Source of the DNA: Gordius albopunctatus
Taxonomy: Eukaryota
Length of the DNA stretch: 64,000 nucleotides
Assembly: GCA_964276515.1 (NCBI GenBank)
Contig: OZ193909.1
Coordinates: 17,856,001-17,920,000 of the forward strand
Direction of reading: 5' to 3'
Notes under the pieces: generated by a model
What the model saw: the letters and a program-made list of their open reading frames with translations, nothing else
What the model was told of the DNA's origin: nothing
The model's database searches: none
Shown here: positions 38,753 to 52,516 of the stretch, one piece after another
How the letters are laid out: every line of letters starts with the position of its first letter
How positions within the stretch are numbered: position 1 is the stretch's first letter
Position numbers and translations under genes: made by a program

Positions 38753-39435
38753 ATCTATATATATAAAGTAATATATATATATATATGTATGTATGTAAGG
38801 GCTAATCTCTGAAACTACTGGCCCGATTCGCGCGAAAATTTAACCATAGATGCCCAGGGCGGCCAGGGGTAAAATGGCTTTTTCAGAATCCTAAAATACC
38901 TTTTCGTTTTAAATATATCGGACATTTCCCGGCCAGTTTCATTTATAGCATCATATACAATAATGACGTCATACATACAAGGCTGAAGTTTTCTCGCATT
39001 AGATATTTAAAAGTATGATAAAAATGTTACAGTATACGGTCAAAATTATTGGGGTTTAATCAACTATTTAAATTAAATAAATAAAATTTAAATTAATAGC
39101 TTTTGCAGAATCCTAAAATTCCTTTTAGTTTTAAAAAAGGGATAAATTCTGAAACTACCGGCCCAATTTGCTCGCAACTTTACCCGTAGGTTCCCAGGGC
39201 GGCCAGTGATAAAATAGCTTTTTCATATTCCTAAAATACCTTTTCGTTTAAAAAATATCGGAAATTTCCCTGCCAGTTTCGTTCATAGCAGCATATACAA
39301 TAATGACGTTATACATACAAGGCTGAAGTTTTCTCGAATTAGATATTTAAAAGTATAATAAAAATTTTACAGTATACGGTCATAATTATTGGTGTTTAAC
39401 AAACTATTTAAATTAAATAAATAATATTTAAATTT
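38753..39435 (+). mobile_element. Non-autonomous Helitron-like fragment with an internal ~340-bp tandem duplication
   Basis: TC-TATATATAAAG start, (TA)/(TATG) microsatellite, AAACTACTGGCCCGATT core similar to the neighbouring element. 38800-39100 is repeated at ~39140-39435. Confidence 0.55.
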
Positions 39436-39602
39436 TATTATCACGTGGTCGAACATAGAAGCATATTTTTAATAATTATCCATCCTTCAATTAATTATTT
39501 TATTATATTAAAGAAAATTGTATTTCAAATAAATCAGCTAACTAGAAAAATAAAATAATGGTATTATTGTATAATAATTCGCATTTGGTTTGTCTTATTA
39601 TA

Positions 39603-40478
39603 TCTTATATATAAAAATGAAACTATTTATGTATGCCACCACCAATTTTGGAGAACTACCGGGCCGATTTGGCTCAAAATTTCACAGTTTATTCCCCACA
39701 CTCCGGAGCATGTTTTAAGATTTGTTCGAGCCAAATCGGCCCAGTAGTTTTCGAGTTTGTTTTATACGTTTTGTCGTTTAATAAAATGTCAATCAAACGC
39801 AACCTCATCGTGCTCTTTGAAAATTTGAATATACAGTCGATTATTTTCGCACGCGGCAAAAAGCGAACAAAATAAGATACAAACAACTCATTTTGTACTT
39901 TTCGCGCGTACTATTTTTTACTATGGGTTAAGTGTTTTTAAAATAAAAAGTAGAGTTGTAGAAATGAAAATTTTTTAAAATAATTATTATTGAGAAAACA
40001 ATTTCCTTCCCTCTTAACAAAATGCCTACTTTCTAGAAAGATTGATAACAGAATCAATTGCAGAGCAATTAATAGATTTTTAATCTATTTTGTAGTTCCA
40101 AAGATGAAGTCTTAATATTATTGCATGTTTAATTGTTTAGTTCTACTTACAATTATTTTAGATTATGGCCACACCCTTGAAATTGTTATTATATTTTTTT
40201 GTTTAAAGAAGTTTTAAGGTTAATATAGAATTAATAGAGTTTCAGTGAGATTTACATCGGTTATTTTGGCAAAAATCTAATCGCCCTTTTTGTGATAAAT
40301 CTCTTTTATCACAAGTAATTAACCATTATGAATTAAAACAGCATAGAAGTAGAACATATAGATATCAAACTTTATTTTTACTTCAATAACCGCTTTATCA
40401 TCATATATGCCCTAAAATTCCGAAATAATTTAATACACCCGGGTAAATGGCAAAACAACGTTTGCCGGGTTCATCTAG
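39603..40478 (+). mobile_element. Non-autonomous Helitron
   Basis: 5' TC after A, 3' hairpin GGCAAAACAACGTTTGCC, then CTAG followed by T (A/T insertion site). A second, internally deleted copy is at 52187-52516. Confidence 0.8.
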
Positions 40479-43400
40479 TTTAATATAATGTACATATACT
40501 TTTTTCCCATCGTCGCGAAATATCGGTTAATCGCGATTTTTTTCAGGCCCAAGGCTTTGCAATTAAACGTTTTTGACTCTACAAATTTTAAAATCAAAAA
40601 CATATATTTTTTAAATTTTTGCCACGTTTTGGTTGTTATTTAAATAGGTTCAGAAGATTTCATTTAAGACTATAAATTGATTTTATATTACAATTGAGTG
40701 CAACGAGACTTAATCAAATAAAAGACCATTATGAATTTTAAAAAAATAGCAGTTGTGCGTTAGCTTCACAATTAATTTATAAAAATATTTTTGATCTATA
40801 AATAAACATGTTTTTTTCGTAGATTTAATTTCATAGAAATACAAACCGAGATTATAAAAATTTTGTTCGATATATTTTTGTAATTGCAATACTCTGTCGG
40901 GATTTTAAGGATCGGAAATAGGATATAATTGTAACTTAACTCTAACCCAATTAGTATAAAGTGCTTGATAAAATTGACTATATTATATAAAATATCATTA
41001 AAAAGTCGATTTTATGCATGACCTTAATATTCATCCCCACATCAAAATCTGTGACATAATATGTTTAAAAGATTTATATATTTTGAGGTTTTTAGCTTCT
41101 CCTAGCCATAAATAAAAAATCTTAGTCAAAAGACAACTGTCCAAACTTTTAACTTCTTCAACAATTAAAATTATACTTAAAATTATCATTTTACTCATTA
41201 TTTTATTATTCACAAACTTTTTGTTTCACTTTAAAACAAATTCTGAATAAGGTCATGCGTGACTTTTTTATTATAGGATATAATTAACAAATCTATGGTC
41301 AAATATTTCGCAATAATAGCGGTCAATGGATCGATAAAAGTCATACGGTATAACTTTTGACCTTAACTTGATTAATCTTAATCTAATATAATTGACAAGT
41401 TTTTATTAGGCGCTAGCGCTACATCACTTTAATAATAATAATAATTAATACTAAGCTATATTTATTATTGCGAAAATTTGGGATTTATACGAGGAAATCA
41501 TAAATGAAACCTAATAACAGAATTAATAGCATAGCAGGCAATGTTTAATATTAATGACACTCTTTCTAACTTTACCTTACAATGCAAAAATGTTCCAAGC
41601 CCGTTCAAGTAGTTATTATAACATCCCTTTTGACTGTAGAAGGCCTTTAAAAACGGATATATGCTTTAAATTAGATGAAAACATTAAAAGATTTCAACCA
41701 TATGTATAAAGTGTAAAATAATAATTTAAGATTCAGGAAAAACATTCTTTATATGTAGCATCATAAGGGTTATGCCCTAGGCTAGGATGCAACAAAACTT
41801 TTAATCTCCTTGTTGGTTGCAGCTTGAAAAAACTATTCTTTCAAAATATAATTTGTTATTCAACATTAATTAGACAATTAATTATGTATATTCATAAGTA
41901 ATTCTCATTTCTTTAAAAACCACAAAAATACAAAAAAATACTATTTTAATACTACCGACTGTTTTATTAATTTGGCACCATTCCTCTAGCTAATCTAATG
42001 TCCTTTGTCACCTAGTTTTCTTTTGACAACTATCTCTCGCAATTTTTGTTTTTGCCAAATGTGAGGCTTGATTAAGATTTATTATATATCAACAACATAT
42101 ACTATGCATAATATTTATAACACTATGTGTATTTAAAAATTACATTAAAATTATCGTGTAAGATATTGTCATCTAGGAATTAGTTTAATTTTAGCCCATT
42201 CAACTATCCTGTTAATTAATTTCGCATATTTTTAACATTTCCTATTGTTTTTCGCCAAGTATATATTATCTCATGCTCCCCCTCAAATATAAATGTTGCG
42301 TGGTTGATTGTAAAAATAGTTATTATTATTTATAATAAATATACATAATTTATGAATTTTGGAGTAGATAATGGAGAAATTTGGTAACAGCTCTTTTTTG
42401 ACTTATTAGATAGGAAATGTTGATTTTACTAAAAAATTATTTTAAAATATACATTTAAATAAGAAAATTAGAAAAAAGATGTTTTCCTGGAATGGATAAA
42501 AACCTAAAATAGAATGTCTATATGTTAGTATCAAGAATGCTTTGATCATACATTAATTAGGTAACAAATAGCAAAACTTTGTGAAAAATTTTAAGCTATC
42601 ATCTAAATAATTTCTTCTTCTTCTTCTTTATCGTGTTGAAAATCCCACAGACGTGGGGTACGTTTTCAGCAGCCTCTTCCATCTGAGTCGTGTGAATGCC
42701 ATGCCAATTTCCATCTGTTTGACGTCCATATCCTTTTCGACCAGTCGTTTCCAGGTGGCACGTGGTCTGCCCCTTCCTCTTCTTCCAGGCACGTCCATCT
42801 CCAGCGTTCGGTGTGTGACATCGTCTTCGTCTCTTCGTAATACATGGCCGTACCACCGCAGTCGATTTTCTCTTAAGAAGTCCTTCGTCGCTTGTATACC
42901 CATCTTTGTCATCAAGGATTCGTTCTTCATGCGATCCAGCTTGGTGTAGCCTAAGCTCCATCGCACCATTCTCATTTCCGTGACTTGCAAGAGTTTCTCC
43001 TCCGCGGTGGTTACAGCCCATGTTTCGCTCCCGTAAAGCAAGACCGGTCGCACGATGGTTTTGTACGCCTTGCTTTTCAACCAAATTGGTATCTTTTTGT
43101 CACACATGACACCCTAGATGCTGCGCCACTTGAGCCATGCTTTCTTGATCCGAGAATGGACTTCGGCAGTACATCCTACCTCTTGGTGTAATAGCGAGCC
43201 AAGATATGTGAACTTATCAACCTCCGTGTACCTTGGACCGTCATTTTTGTGCATTTGCGGACTACCGCCCATCGTTTACATGTAAACCGTTTTCTTCTCG
43301 CTGACCTTTAACCCGAATTCCGAAAAACGTTCTGACCATTTTTTCGCCTGATGAAAACCCCTTCTCTTGTTTCATCGCATAGGACAATATCGTCGGCATA

Positions 43401-45812
43401 TAGCATAATCCAAGGGGCTGGCTTGTGCAAGTCCTTTGTTATTGTATCCATAATTAGATTAAACAAGAATGGGCTTAACGCTGATCCTTGATGTAGTCCG
43501 ATCATTATTCGGAAGGGTTTCGTTACTCCTACGGTAGTCCTAACAGATGCAACCGCGCCATTATACATTTCCTTGATAAGTCGAACATATCCTTCGGGTA
43601 TATTTCTGGCTCTAAGGGACCACCATATTAAGTCTCTCGGAATCGTATCGTAGGCCTTTTCTAAATCGATGAAGACCATGTGTAATTTCTTTCTTATGTC
43701 ACCATATTTTTCCATCGTCTGCTTCAACGCAAAGATTGGGTCCATCGTTGATTTACCGGCCACAAATCCAAACTGATTGGGCGAGAGACAAACTTCGTCA
43801 TTGAGCCTTTTCACTAGCACCCTTTCTAGTAGTTTTAGTGAGTGGCAGGTCAACTTGATACCTCTAAAGTTGCCACATTCCTGCGCGTCTCCTTTACCTT
43901 TGTATATGGGTATGATCGTACTTTCCCTCCATTGGTCAGGGATACGACTCTCATACAGCATAGCGTTAAATATGCCTGTCATTATGTCGATTCCTTCTCC
44001 TTTGCACCCAAGCCAAGCTTCTATTGGTAGATCATCGGGACCTAGCGCTTTCCCTTTCCGCATCTTCGTGAGTTGCGCTCCTATTTCATAAGCCTGCAAT
44101 GGTAAAACCAAGTTCGAGTTCGATTCCACCCTCTCTAGCGGTCTTCTATCATTCGTTTTGTTCATCATATTTTGGAAATAATCTTTCCATCTTTTGATGA
44201 CTTCCTTCGGTTTGCACAACGTTCGTCCCTCTTCGCTTTTAATGACTTTAAGTGTCCCGACATCTCGAATTTTTTTTTCTGCCTGATCTTTGCGAGTTTA
44301 TACATCACTATGTCGCCGCCCTTGGTATCGAGCTTGTTTGCCATCTCGGTGTAAGCCTCGTTCTTCGCTATCGCGACCGCTATCTTAGCTTTGCGTTTCG
44401 CTTCACGATAGGCCTCGTAGTCTTCTCCTTTCTTCGTTTTGTACCATCGTAGGTACAACGCCTTCTTTTCTTCTATAACCTCTTTGACCGAGTCATACCA
44501 CCACCATAGTTCACGCTTGTGAGCTCTGCCGCCCTTAGTTCGTCCCAATATTTGAAAGGCCGTTACCTTTAGAAAATTTGCAATGGTGCCCCACCTTTTG
44601 TTAATGTCGCCCTCCAAGCCTGCAACCTTCAAGAGCGGAGTTGCTCGAGCGTGAAACATTTCATTTGCATGATCATCCTTAAGCTTTTCGTACTTTGTCC
44701 TTGGTGTGTAGACTTTTCTCCTTACGGGAAAAATCTTTCTTGCTATATCGAGGACAACTGGCTGATGTTGTTTGGCGATTTCTTCCCCCGTTATAACCTT
44801 GCAATCTTTAACTTGCCACAAATTTTTGCGCTTCACTAATATGTAGTCGACCTGTGTAAGGTGATCCCCACTACTGTACGTCGTTAAATATTCGGTACGC
44901 TTCTGAAAGAAGGTATTCACAATGGACATATCGTAAGCTTGCGCCATCTGTAGTAACTTCTTTCCCTCTTTATTTTTCACTCCATAGCCATGCCCGCCGT
45001 GATTTCGTTCGTACACGCCCCTTTCTTTCCCAACGTGCCCATTAAAGTCTGCTGCGATGATGAGATTCTCGTCAGGCTTCACGTAGCGTATTTCTTTTTC
45101 AAGCTTCTCATAGAATTCGTCCTTCTCATTTTCGGAACATCCAACCTGGGGAATACGCACAACATTGACAAGGCCGCCTTGATCCGCCAGCTTTATGCAC
45201 ATCAATCTATCTGAGCATTGTTTGACTTCGACTACCTTGTCCTTAAAGGAATCGCTAAGCACTATACCGACTCCGTTCTTCCGTGATGGGGAACCCGAGT
45301 AGTATAGCTTAAAACCATCTCCTAGCTCCCTGGCTTTTGTTCCATGCCACCGCGTTTCTTGTAGACACACTATGTGTATCCCTCTCCTTTTTAGCATCTG
45401 CGCAACCTCGATGCTCTTCCCCGTCAGCGTGCCCACATTCCAGCTAGCCACTCTTGTCCGTTCGACAACTAGGTTCCTTAACCGCCTTCTATGTGAGTGA
45501 GGCGGTGACCCTTGTGTAGAGGCTACGAATTTAATCGCACGCTACTTTCCCTTGACCCCGTCTAGGCAAATTATTATTCACGCACCCTAATAATAGCTCC
45601 TCGCTTATACTTTATCATCGCCTGACTTATTCAAATTATTATTCACGCACCCTAATCATAAAAGTGAATACATTTAAGTATTTGAATGTCTCGCAATTCA
45701 CCTTATTATACACACAAATAACCTCGCAGAGATGTGTATATAAACGCGATGTTATTAAATAAAAGTATTCATTTATTTTTCCCTTAAAACTTAACATTTG
45801 GTGACCCCTAAA

Positions 45813-46610
45813 ATGTCCACCCAACCATCTGATATGGAGGTTAAAAGCGAAAATGCCACATATTTTAAACTGCCACAGTTTAACAATATAAATACCCGCT
45901 CATGGTTCACTCAAATAGAGGCTCTTTTCTTTGTTAGAAAGATAAAAAGCGAAACTACCAAGGCTGGGTACTTAATAGAAGCCTTGCCACTGGAAATAAC
46001 TGTCGAAATTCAAGACATACTACAAAATATGCCCGACATTTTACCCTATACAACCATTAAAGCCGCCATCATAGACCGCACAAGCCAATCCGATTCTGCT
46101 AGACTTCGTGCTCTTCTCACAACTGTGGAATTAGGAGATCGTACCCCATCCCAGCTTCTGCGCTTCATGAAAAATCTTCTGGGAACGAATTCCATGGATG
46201 AACGAGTTCTTAAAGAACTTTGGATAGAAAAACTTCCAAAAAACATGATCGGTATTTTGGCAATTGTTTCTGACGAGCAGCCCCTCTCCAAATTAGCCGA
46301 AACGGCAGACAAAATTGTAGAGACCTACCACACCTCCACATGTTCTAGTGTAAATGTAGTCACGGAAAATGAATCGACTCGGCTTAGGGAGATGATTGCA
46401 AAACTCACCCAGGAGGTACAAAATTTAAAAGTCTCAATCAATAGGCCACGTGATCGTTCCAACTCGAGACGCCGCAACCCCTCTACCGTTCGCCACCCTA
46501 GCTCGCATGTTCAACCAAATCTCGTTTGTTGGTACCATTACCGCTTTAAAGACAAGGCGCTCAAATGCGTGCAACCTTGCGCATTTAACCTCCCCGCAAC
46601 AAACGAATAG
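45813..46610 (+). CDS. gag: Gypsy Gag
   Basis: [24 protein letters not shown], and a CWYH..F...A..C..PC knuckle. Confidence 0.9.
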   Translation: MSTQPSDMEVKSENATYFKLPQFNNINTRSWFTQIEALFFVRKIKSETTKAGYLIEALPLEITVEIQDILQNMPDILPYTTIKAAIIDRTSQSDSARLRALLTTVELGDRTPSQLLRFMKNLLGTNSMDERVLKELWIEKLPKNMIGILAIVSDEQPLSKLAETADKIVETYHTSTCSSVNVVTENESTRLREMIAKLTQEVQNLKVSINRPRDRSNSRRRNPSTVRHPSSHVQPNLVCWYHYRFKDKALKCVQPCAFNLPATNE

Positions 46611-46621
46611 ACCACCCAGGG

Positions 46622-49600
46622 ATGGCGACGCCTGGACTTGGTCTAAAACTTAGTCGCTTATTTTACATTTTCGACAAATCCACGGGTCTACGATTCCTCA
46701 TTGACACAGGCGCAGAGATTTCCATTATTCCGCCTTCCCGAGACCATCCCTTGACCCCTTCCTATGTGCAACTCCAGGCCGCCAATTCTACCCCTATAAA
46801 AACATATGGCCAAAAGCTTTTCACTTTGGACCTCGGCCTACGCAAAGAATTTAGATGGATTTTTACAATTGCAGACGTTAAACAGCCAATAATCGGAGCC
46901 GATTTTCTTAATCACTACCATCTGGTAGTTGATATAAAAAAGAAGCAGCTCTTCGATACACAAACGACATTAACATCTGCAGGTAAGGCTACACTCGCGA
47001 CGTCAATCAACATACAAGTTGGGATAATTGGCACCTCTCCCATCAAATCACTACTTCAGAAGTATGCCTCCATAGTGTCCCCTTCTGATTATAAGGCTCA
47101 AGTAACTCACAGCACTCAACACCACATCCACACCAACGGCCCTCCGGTTCACTCAAAACCAAGGAGACTTTTCCCGGACAAGCTTAAGATTGCCCGAGAC
47201 GAATTTACTCACATGCTCGAACTTGGTATAATCCGTCCCTCTAACAGTGACTGGTCCTCACCCCTGCACATGGTACCCAAGAAGGCCGCGGGAGATTGGA
47301 GACCTTGTGGCGACTATCGCATGCTCAACAGTCGTACAATTCCCGATCGTTATCCCCTTCCACACCTCCATGACTTTGCGCTGACCCTTTGCAATAAAAC
47401 GGTATTCTCAAAGATCGATTTAGTCAGGGCTTACCACCAAATTCCAATGGCCCCAGAGGATATTTCTAAAACCGCCATCACAACCCCGTTCGGGCTTTTT
47501 GAATTTCTTCGCATGCCATTTGGCCTTCGCAACGCTGCTCAGACGTTTCAACGCTTTATGGACCAAGTTTTTAGAGAACTTGACTTTGTTTTTGTTTACC
47601 TTGACGACGTTCTCATCGCGAGTTCTTCCATTAACGAACACCACAATCATATTAGACTGGTTTTTGAAAGACTCAAGACTTTCGGTATTAAAATCAGTCA
47701 GGATAAATGCGTATGGTGCCAAAACGAAATTTTTTTTTTGGGACACAAAATCACCCCTCAAGGTTTGTCACCCCTTCAGGACAAGGTGGAAGCAATCCTC
47801 AATTTCCCACAGCCTACCTCGATGACTCAGTTGAGACGCTTCTTAGGGATGATTAATTTTTATAGACGTTTTATTCCAATGTGTGCCGAATTACTCAAAC
47901 CTCTCACCGATATGCTCGACGGTTCAAAGAAGACAATATCCTGCACCCCGGAAGCTTCGACTGCTTTTAACAATGCCAAACTCGCTTTAAGCAATGTCGT
48001 GCCTCTTTATCATCTTCAAAAAGACGCTAAATTCTCAATCACCACCGACGCCTCCAGCTCAGCCGTAGGAGCCGTATTACATCAAACAACTAACGATAAG
48101 ACGCTGCCTTTAGTTTTTTTTTCCCAAAAGCTAACAAAAACTCAACAACGATATAGTGCATTCGGTCGCGAATTATTAGCAATATATTTAACAATCCGCC
48201 ATTACCGCCATTTTTTAGAGGGTCATGAATTCACTATTTATACAGACCACAAGCCACTAACTTATGCTTTCAGTACACCTATCGACAAATACTCCCCGCG
48301 GGAGATTAGACAGTTAGACTATATTTCGCAATATTCTACCGATCTACAATATATAGCTGGCAAATCAAATGTAGTCGCTGACACCCTCTCAAGGTCTGAA
48401 ATTGATTCCGTTGATTTTAAAGACAGGCCTCTAGTTGAAAGGTTAGCTTTGGCTCAGATGGAAGAAAATTTGACATTTCAAGACCTAAAGTCTCTAAAAA
48501 TAACGCAACTTCCTATACCGGGCTCTGATTTGACCGTGCAATGCGACATGTCCACAACCTCACCTCGACCACTCGTCCCAACTTCACTCAGACGCATAAT
48601 TTTCGATAATTTCCACAACTTATCACACCCTGGTACGCGTGCAACACTTAAGCTGATTACACGCCGATATGTTTGGCCCTCCATCAATATGGATGTAAGA
48701 AAATGGGCCAAATCATGCGTTGCTTGTCAAAAATCGAAAATTCATCGTCACATAAAGGCCCCTTTAGGTACATTTGCTGAACCAGACGCTCGATTTAGCC
48801 ACATCCACGTCGATCTCGTTGGTCCACTACCACCGTCAAATGGATATACCCACTTACTCACGATTATTGACCGTTTCACACGATGGCCTGTCGCCATGCC
48901 GATCCATGACACCTCAGCCCAAACGGTTGCAAAAGCTCTGATCAAGTATTGGATAGCTGACCTCGGAGTACCATCAAGCCTCACAACAGATAGAGGTCCC
49001 CAGTTTGAGTCCCAATTATTTCGGAATCTCACGCAACTTCTTGGTGTAAATCACATCACAACCACTGCCTATCACCCACAAGCTAATGGCATGATTGAGA
49101 GATTTCATCGACAGCTGAAAAGTTCCTTGATGGCACAAGGTGACACAACCAAATGGGATGAGCTCTTACCATTAATTTTGCTTGGCATTCGAACCACCAT
49201 CAAGGAAGACTTAGGTTGCACTCCAGCCGAATTAGTTTATGGCACTACACTTAGACTTCCCGGCGAATTTTTCACGAACTCAAGTACACCTCACAACACC
49301 TCCGAATTTATTAAAGGCCTAAAACAACATTTTTACCATTTGCCTTTTAAAAAGGTCAGGACACAATCGACAAATGCGGATACAACTTCACTTCTTAGGG
49401 AATGTAAATACGTTTTTATCCGTAATGATTTCGTTCGAAAAAGTTTGGTGCCACCATATGACGGACCGTTCAGAGTAAAGTCCAAACATGCTAAATATTT
49501 CATTATTGAAAAAAACGGAAAAGCTGACTCAATTTCGATCGAGCGACTGAAACCTGCATATTTAGATACTTCAACTCAGACGTTTACGGATACCGAAAAT

Positions 49601-49741
49601 TCAAATCCATCCAAATCTAGGCCTACCGACAAAATCGCTGAACCAGCTAACTCCGACCCAGACCTAACAAAATCAAAAGAAAACCCATACATCACATCGA
49701 GAGGAAGGCACGTGCATTGGCGCTATAAACTACTACACTAA
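46622..49741 (+). CDS. pol: Gypsy Pol (PR-RT-RNase H-IN), in the -1 frame relative to gag
   Basis: LIDTGA, YLDD, TDAS/RELLA/TDHKPL, HHCC, DDE integrase and GPF motif. The pol frame is open upstream across the gag stop. Confidence 0.95.
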   Translation: MATPGLGLKLSRLFYIFDKSTGLRFLIDTGAEISIIPPSRDHPLTPSYVQLQAANSTPIKTYGQKLFTLDLGLRKEFRWIFTIADVKQPIIGADFLNHYHLVVDIKKKQLFDTQTTLTSAGKATLATSINIQVGIIGTSPIKSLLQKYASIVSPSDYKAQVTHSTQHHIHTNGPPVHSKPRRLFPDKLKIARDEFTHMLELGIIRPSNSDWSSPLHMVPKKAAGDWRPCGDYRMLNSRTIPDRYPLPHLHDFALTLCNKTVFSKIDLVRAYHQIPMAPEDISKTAITTPFGLFEFLRMPFGLRNAAQTFQRFMDQVFRELDFVFVYLDDVLIASSSINEHHNHIRLVFERLKTFGIKISQDKCVWCQNEIFFLGHKITPQGLSPLQDKVEAILNFPQPTSMTQLRRFLGMINFYRRFIPMCAELLKPLTDMLDGSKKTISCTPEASTAFNNAKLALSNVVPLYHLQKDAKFSITTDASSSAVGAVLHQTTNDKTLPLVFFSQKLTKTQQRYSAFGRELLAIYLTIRHYRHFLEGHEFTIYTDHKPLTYAFSTPIDKYSPREIRQLDYISQYSTDLQYIAGKSNVVADTLSRSEIDSVDFKDRPLVERLALAQMEENLTFQDLKSLKITQLPIPGSDLTVQCDMSTTSPRPLVPTSLRRIIFDNFHNLSHPGTRATLKLITRRYVWPSINMDVRKWAKSCVACQKSKIHRHIKAPLGTFAEPDARFSHIHVDLVGPLPPSNGYTHLLTIIDRFTRWPVAMPIHDTSAQTVAKALIKYWIADLGVPSSLTTDRGPQFESQLFRNLTQLLGVNHITTTAYHPQANGMIERFHRQLKSSLMAQGDTTKWDELLPLILLGIRTTIKEDLGCTPAELVYGTTLRLPGEFFTNSSTPHNTSEFIKGLKQHFYHLPFKKVRTQSTNADTTSLLRECKYVFIRNDFVRKSLVPPYDGPFRVKSKHAKYFIIEKNGKADSISIERLKPAYLDTSTQTFTDTENSNPSKSRPTDKIAEPANSDPDLTKSKENPYITSRGRHVHWRYKLLH

Positions 49742-50197
49742 CCACAACTCTCCGAGTGAAGGCCCGATGATAGTTGTAGAGGCTACGAATTTAATCGCAC
49801 GCTACTTTCCCTTGACCCCGTCTAGGCAAATTATTATTCACGCACCCTAATAATAGCTCCTCGCTTATACTTTATCATCGCCTGACTTATTCAAATTATT
49901 ATTCACGCACCCTAATCATAAAAGTGAATACATTTAAGTATTTGAATGTCTCGCAATTCACCTTATTATACACACAAATAACCTCGCAGAGATGTGTATA
50001 TAAACGCGATGTTATTAAATAAAAGTATTCATTTATTTTTCCCTTAAAACTTAACACTTGTATACTTTTCACATTGCATGGGCGGATGATGCAATGCGCG
50101 TCGTTTGGGGAGGACGCCCAAGCATTCAGGTATAAGTTCGTATTTGTAGCTGCCATGGTGTTTGGAGTTGCTTTTTACAGCCGGTTTCCGACCTGAC

Positions 50198-50248
50198 GCC
50201 AACCCTCCACTTTTTTCACACGGACTTGGGACCGTCGTTGGTAGTGTT
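50198..50248 (-). ncRNA. Twister ribozyme (P1 type) at the RTE 5' terminus
   Basis: The minus strand reads AACACUACCAACGACGGUCCCAAGUCCGUGUGAAAAAAGUGGAGGGUUGGC. This matches the twister core as recalled for the rice P1 twister (AACACUGCCAAUGCCGGUCCCAAGCCCGGAUAAAAGUGGAGGG), with compensatory changes. Confidence 0.85.
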
Positions 50249-52186
50249 TATCATCTAAATAATTTAATATTTTAAAATTAAAAATGCCAATAAGTTTTTA
50301 TTATAATAAAAATATAGACTTTAAGGGTTCAAATAAAATAAAACTTTATTAAAGACTCCAAGTGGTTTTAAATAAAAATGAGTTAACATCTGGTTTATTG
50401 ATCTGTAAAACCAAACGAGGCGGAAACATCTTGAAACAAATGGCGAAATTATATTATGCTATTAAATGAACTTCTAGTTATCTGATAATATGAAACTCCT
50501 TTAAAACACAATCTTTTTGAGGCAAATACATCTGTGTGCATCAAACATCTAAATAAAAATAATTAAATCTTATGGAAGGAACATTTAAATGTTAGACTTT
50601 ACAATTCCTTATGAATATTAAGGACCTTTTTGGAAATTTTGAAGCTGTTTGCCGGAAAGGAGTCACTTCAATAATTATGGAACGCCTTTGAAATATGAGA
50701 GCATAAAAATAATATTTAGACGCGGGCTGAAATCTTTTAAGTAACATGTAGTGTTGTTAAAACGCTCTCTAGTGAGCCGTGCTCACTGGGTGTTTCGCCC
50801 CCTCATTTGTTATGTATACTACTCGGCGCATGAGACATTTAATGTATCAGATGAAAATGTTGACAATTTAAATATGGATATATATTTTTAAAATTATATT
50901 TTATAGTTTTTTAGTCCAGGTGGTAATATTTTTTGAAAGTTCCTTTATATAGGGCAAAGATCTCTTTAATGATTCTAATGTTTAATGCCAATTGTCTTAC
51001 CTTAATTTCAAAACAATTAAACAAATTACAGTCATTTATAATTACTACCTCAATTTATTTAATCTTATTAGAAATAACTTGACGCACATAAAATATAAAT
51101 TTTAAATGTTAAATCATACTTTAGCCATTTCGCTACGTGAGAATTGGAGTGCTCTATCTGCGATTTTAAAAAATTTTAAAGTAAAAGTGCTATTTGGTAG
51201 ATTTTTATATATTCTATCATAAACTTTTCAAAAAATGTGGACAAAATGTTTTAGGCTTCGCTATTAAGGTTCTTATTTGGCTAAAATCGCGAATGTCAAT
51301 ATTTTTCAGAATTGGTTTGCGCTATTTGCAACTATCCAATCGCAAGCGCTCACTTAATCTCGTGAATAAATCGTCTTCTTTTAAATTTTAATTTGAACAA
51401 TATCTCTACAATTACTTTTCACATTGTTGTATGTCAAACATTGATAAATAAAAACTATTTCGGATGAAGATAAGTAAAATTAATATAAAAATATAATCAT
51501 AACTAGTATAAGTTTCAAGGTGACAAATCAAAAAATTGTAAATGATGGTTGAAATCAGTCTACAAGAAAAATTTGTATAAATGATTAATAATAATATTAA
51601 AATTAATTTTAGGCTTTGTTCATTATTGCGCATGGAAAAAAATGATTGTTATGGCCAAAAGAAAGTTTGCAGGAGATAGGAAAAAAATTAAATTTTTAAA
51701 AGAGAATATTTAAGATTATTCAAAATTGTCAAGAGTTAAATTTTTAAAGGAAATATTTATATAAAAATAGATATAATTGATTTTACTTCTACTAGATATT
51801 CTTTTGTATGTATCATTTATTTTATAATTAATAAATTAATAGTAATTGTTGTAAATAGTATGATTGCTACAAATTGCTCCCATTAAATAACTTTAGCTAT
51901 TTAAAGGATATAAATCATTATGATTGTTTTATAAATTTAATTATATACTTGTCGTATATGTGAATACGTATATTTGTATATCAATGTCTACAGATTATAT
52001 TATTGATATAATTATATAGTTTAATATTGTAAGCCAAAATATGAGTTGGCAGAAAAACATATGTCTTCATTCTTATCCTTATAATTATCCTTTGTTCTGT
52101 AGTTTTCACACCACGGGCTTAGATAAAGAAAATTATTCTTATTATTATTCCTATTATTAGTTTTATATTATTTTAACAATACTATA

Positions 52187-52516
52187 GTAGATTAACCCGG
52201 GAAAAGTTGTTTTGCCGTTTACCCGGGTGTATTAAATTATGTTGGAATTTTAGGGCATACATGATGATAAAGCGGTTATTGAAGTAAAAATAAAGTTTGA
52301 TGTCTAGATGTTCTACTTCTATTGTTCTATTTCCGTATACAGTGCAACGCGTACGAATACTCGAAAACTACTGGATCGATTTGTCTCGAACAAATCTTAA
52401 AACATGCTCCGGAGTGTCAGAAATATACCGTGAAATTTTGAGCCAAATCGGTCTGCTAGTTTTCCAAAATTGGTGGCAGCATATATACACACATAGTTTA
52501 ATTTTTATATATAAGA
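52187..52516 (-). mobile_element. Internally deleted Helitron copy (family of 39603-40478)
   Basis: Reverse-complement matches to both ends of the 39603-40478 element. Confidence 0.75.

Larger units (their letters stand above)
45515..50056 (+). mobile_element. Intact Ty3/gypsy LTR retrotransposon
   Basis: 282-bp LTRs at 45515-45796 and 49775-50056 (TG...CA, apparently identical), 4-bp TSD CTTG, and a PBS TGGTGACCCC (tRNA-Trp-like) just after the 5' LTR. Confidence 0.97.
42614..50248 (-). mobile_element. Full-length RTE non-LTR retrotransposon (frameshifted), interrupted by a gypsy element
   Basis: 17-bp TSD TATCATCTAAATAATTT (42597-42613/50249-50265) and an (AAG)n tail. APE ORF 45451-44165 (SWNVGTL, LQETRW), RT 44219-43308 (LHQGSALSP, YADD), C-terminus LYGSETW/RLRWYGHV. 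Removing the gypsy restores a frame from the ATG at 50156 into ASWN. Confidence 0.95.

Noticed and set aside
51130..51740. Weak inverted repeat and a possible TTAA-bounded element end
   Set aside because: Too degenerate to define termini or a TSD.
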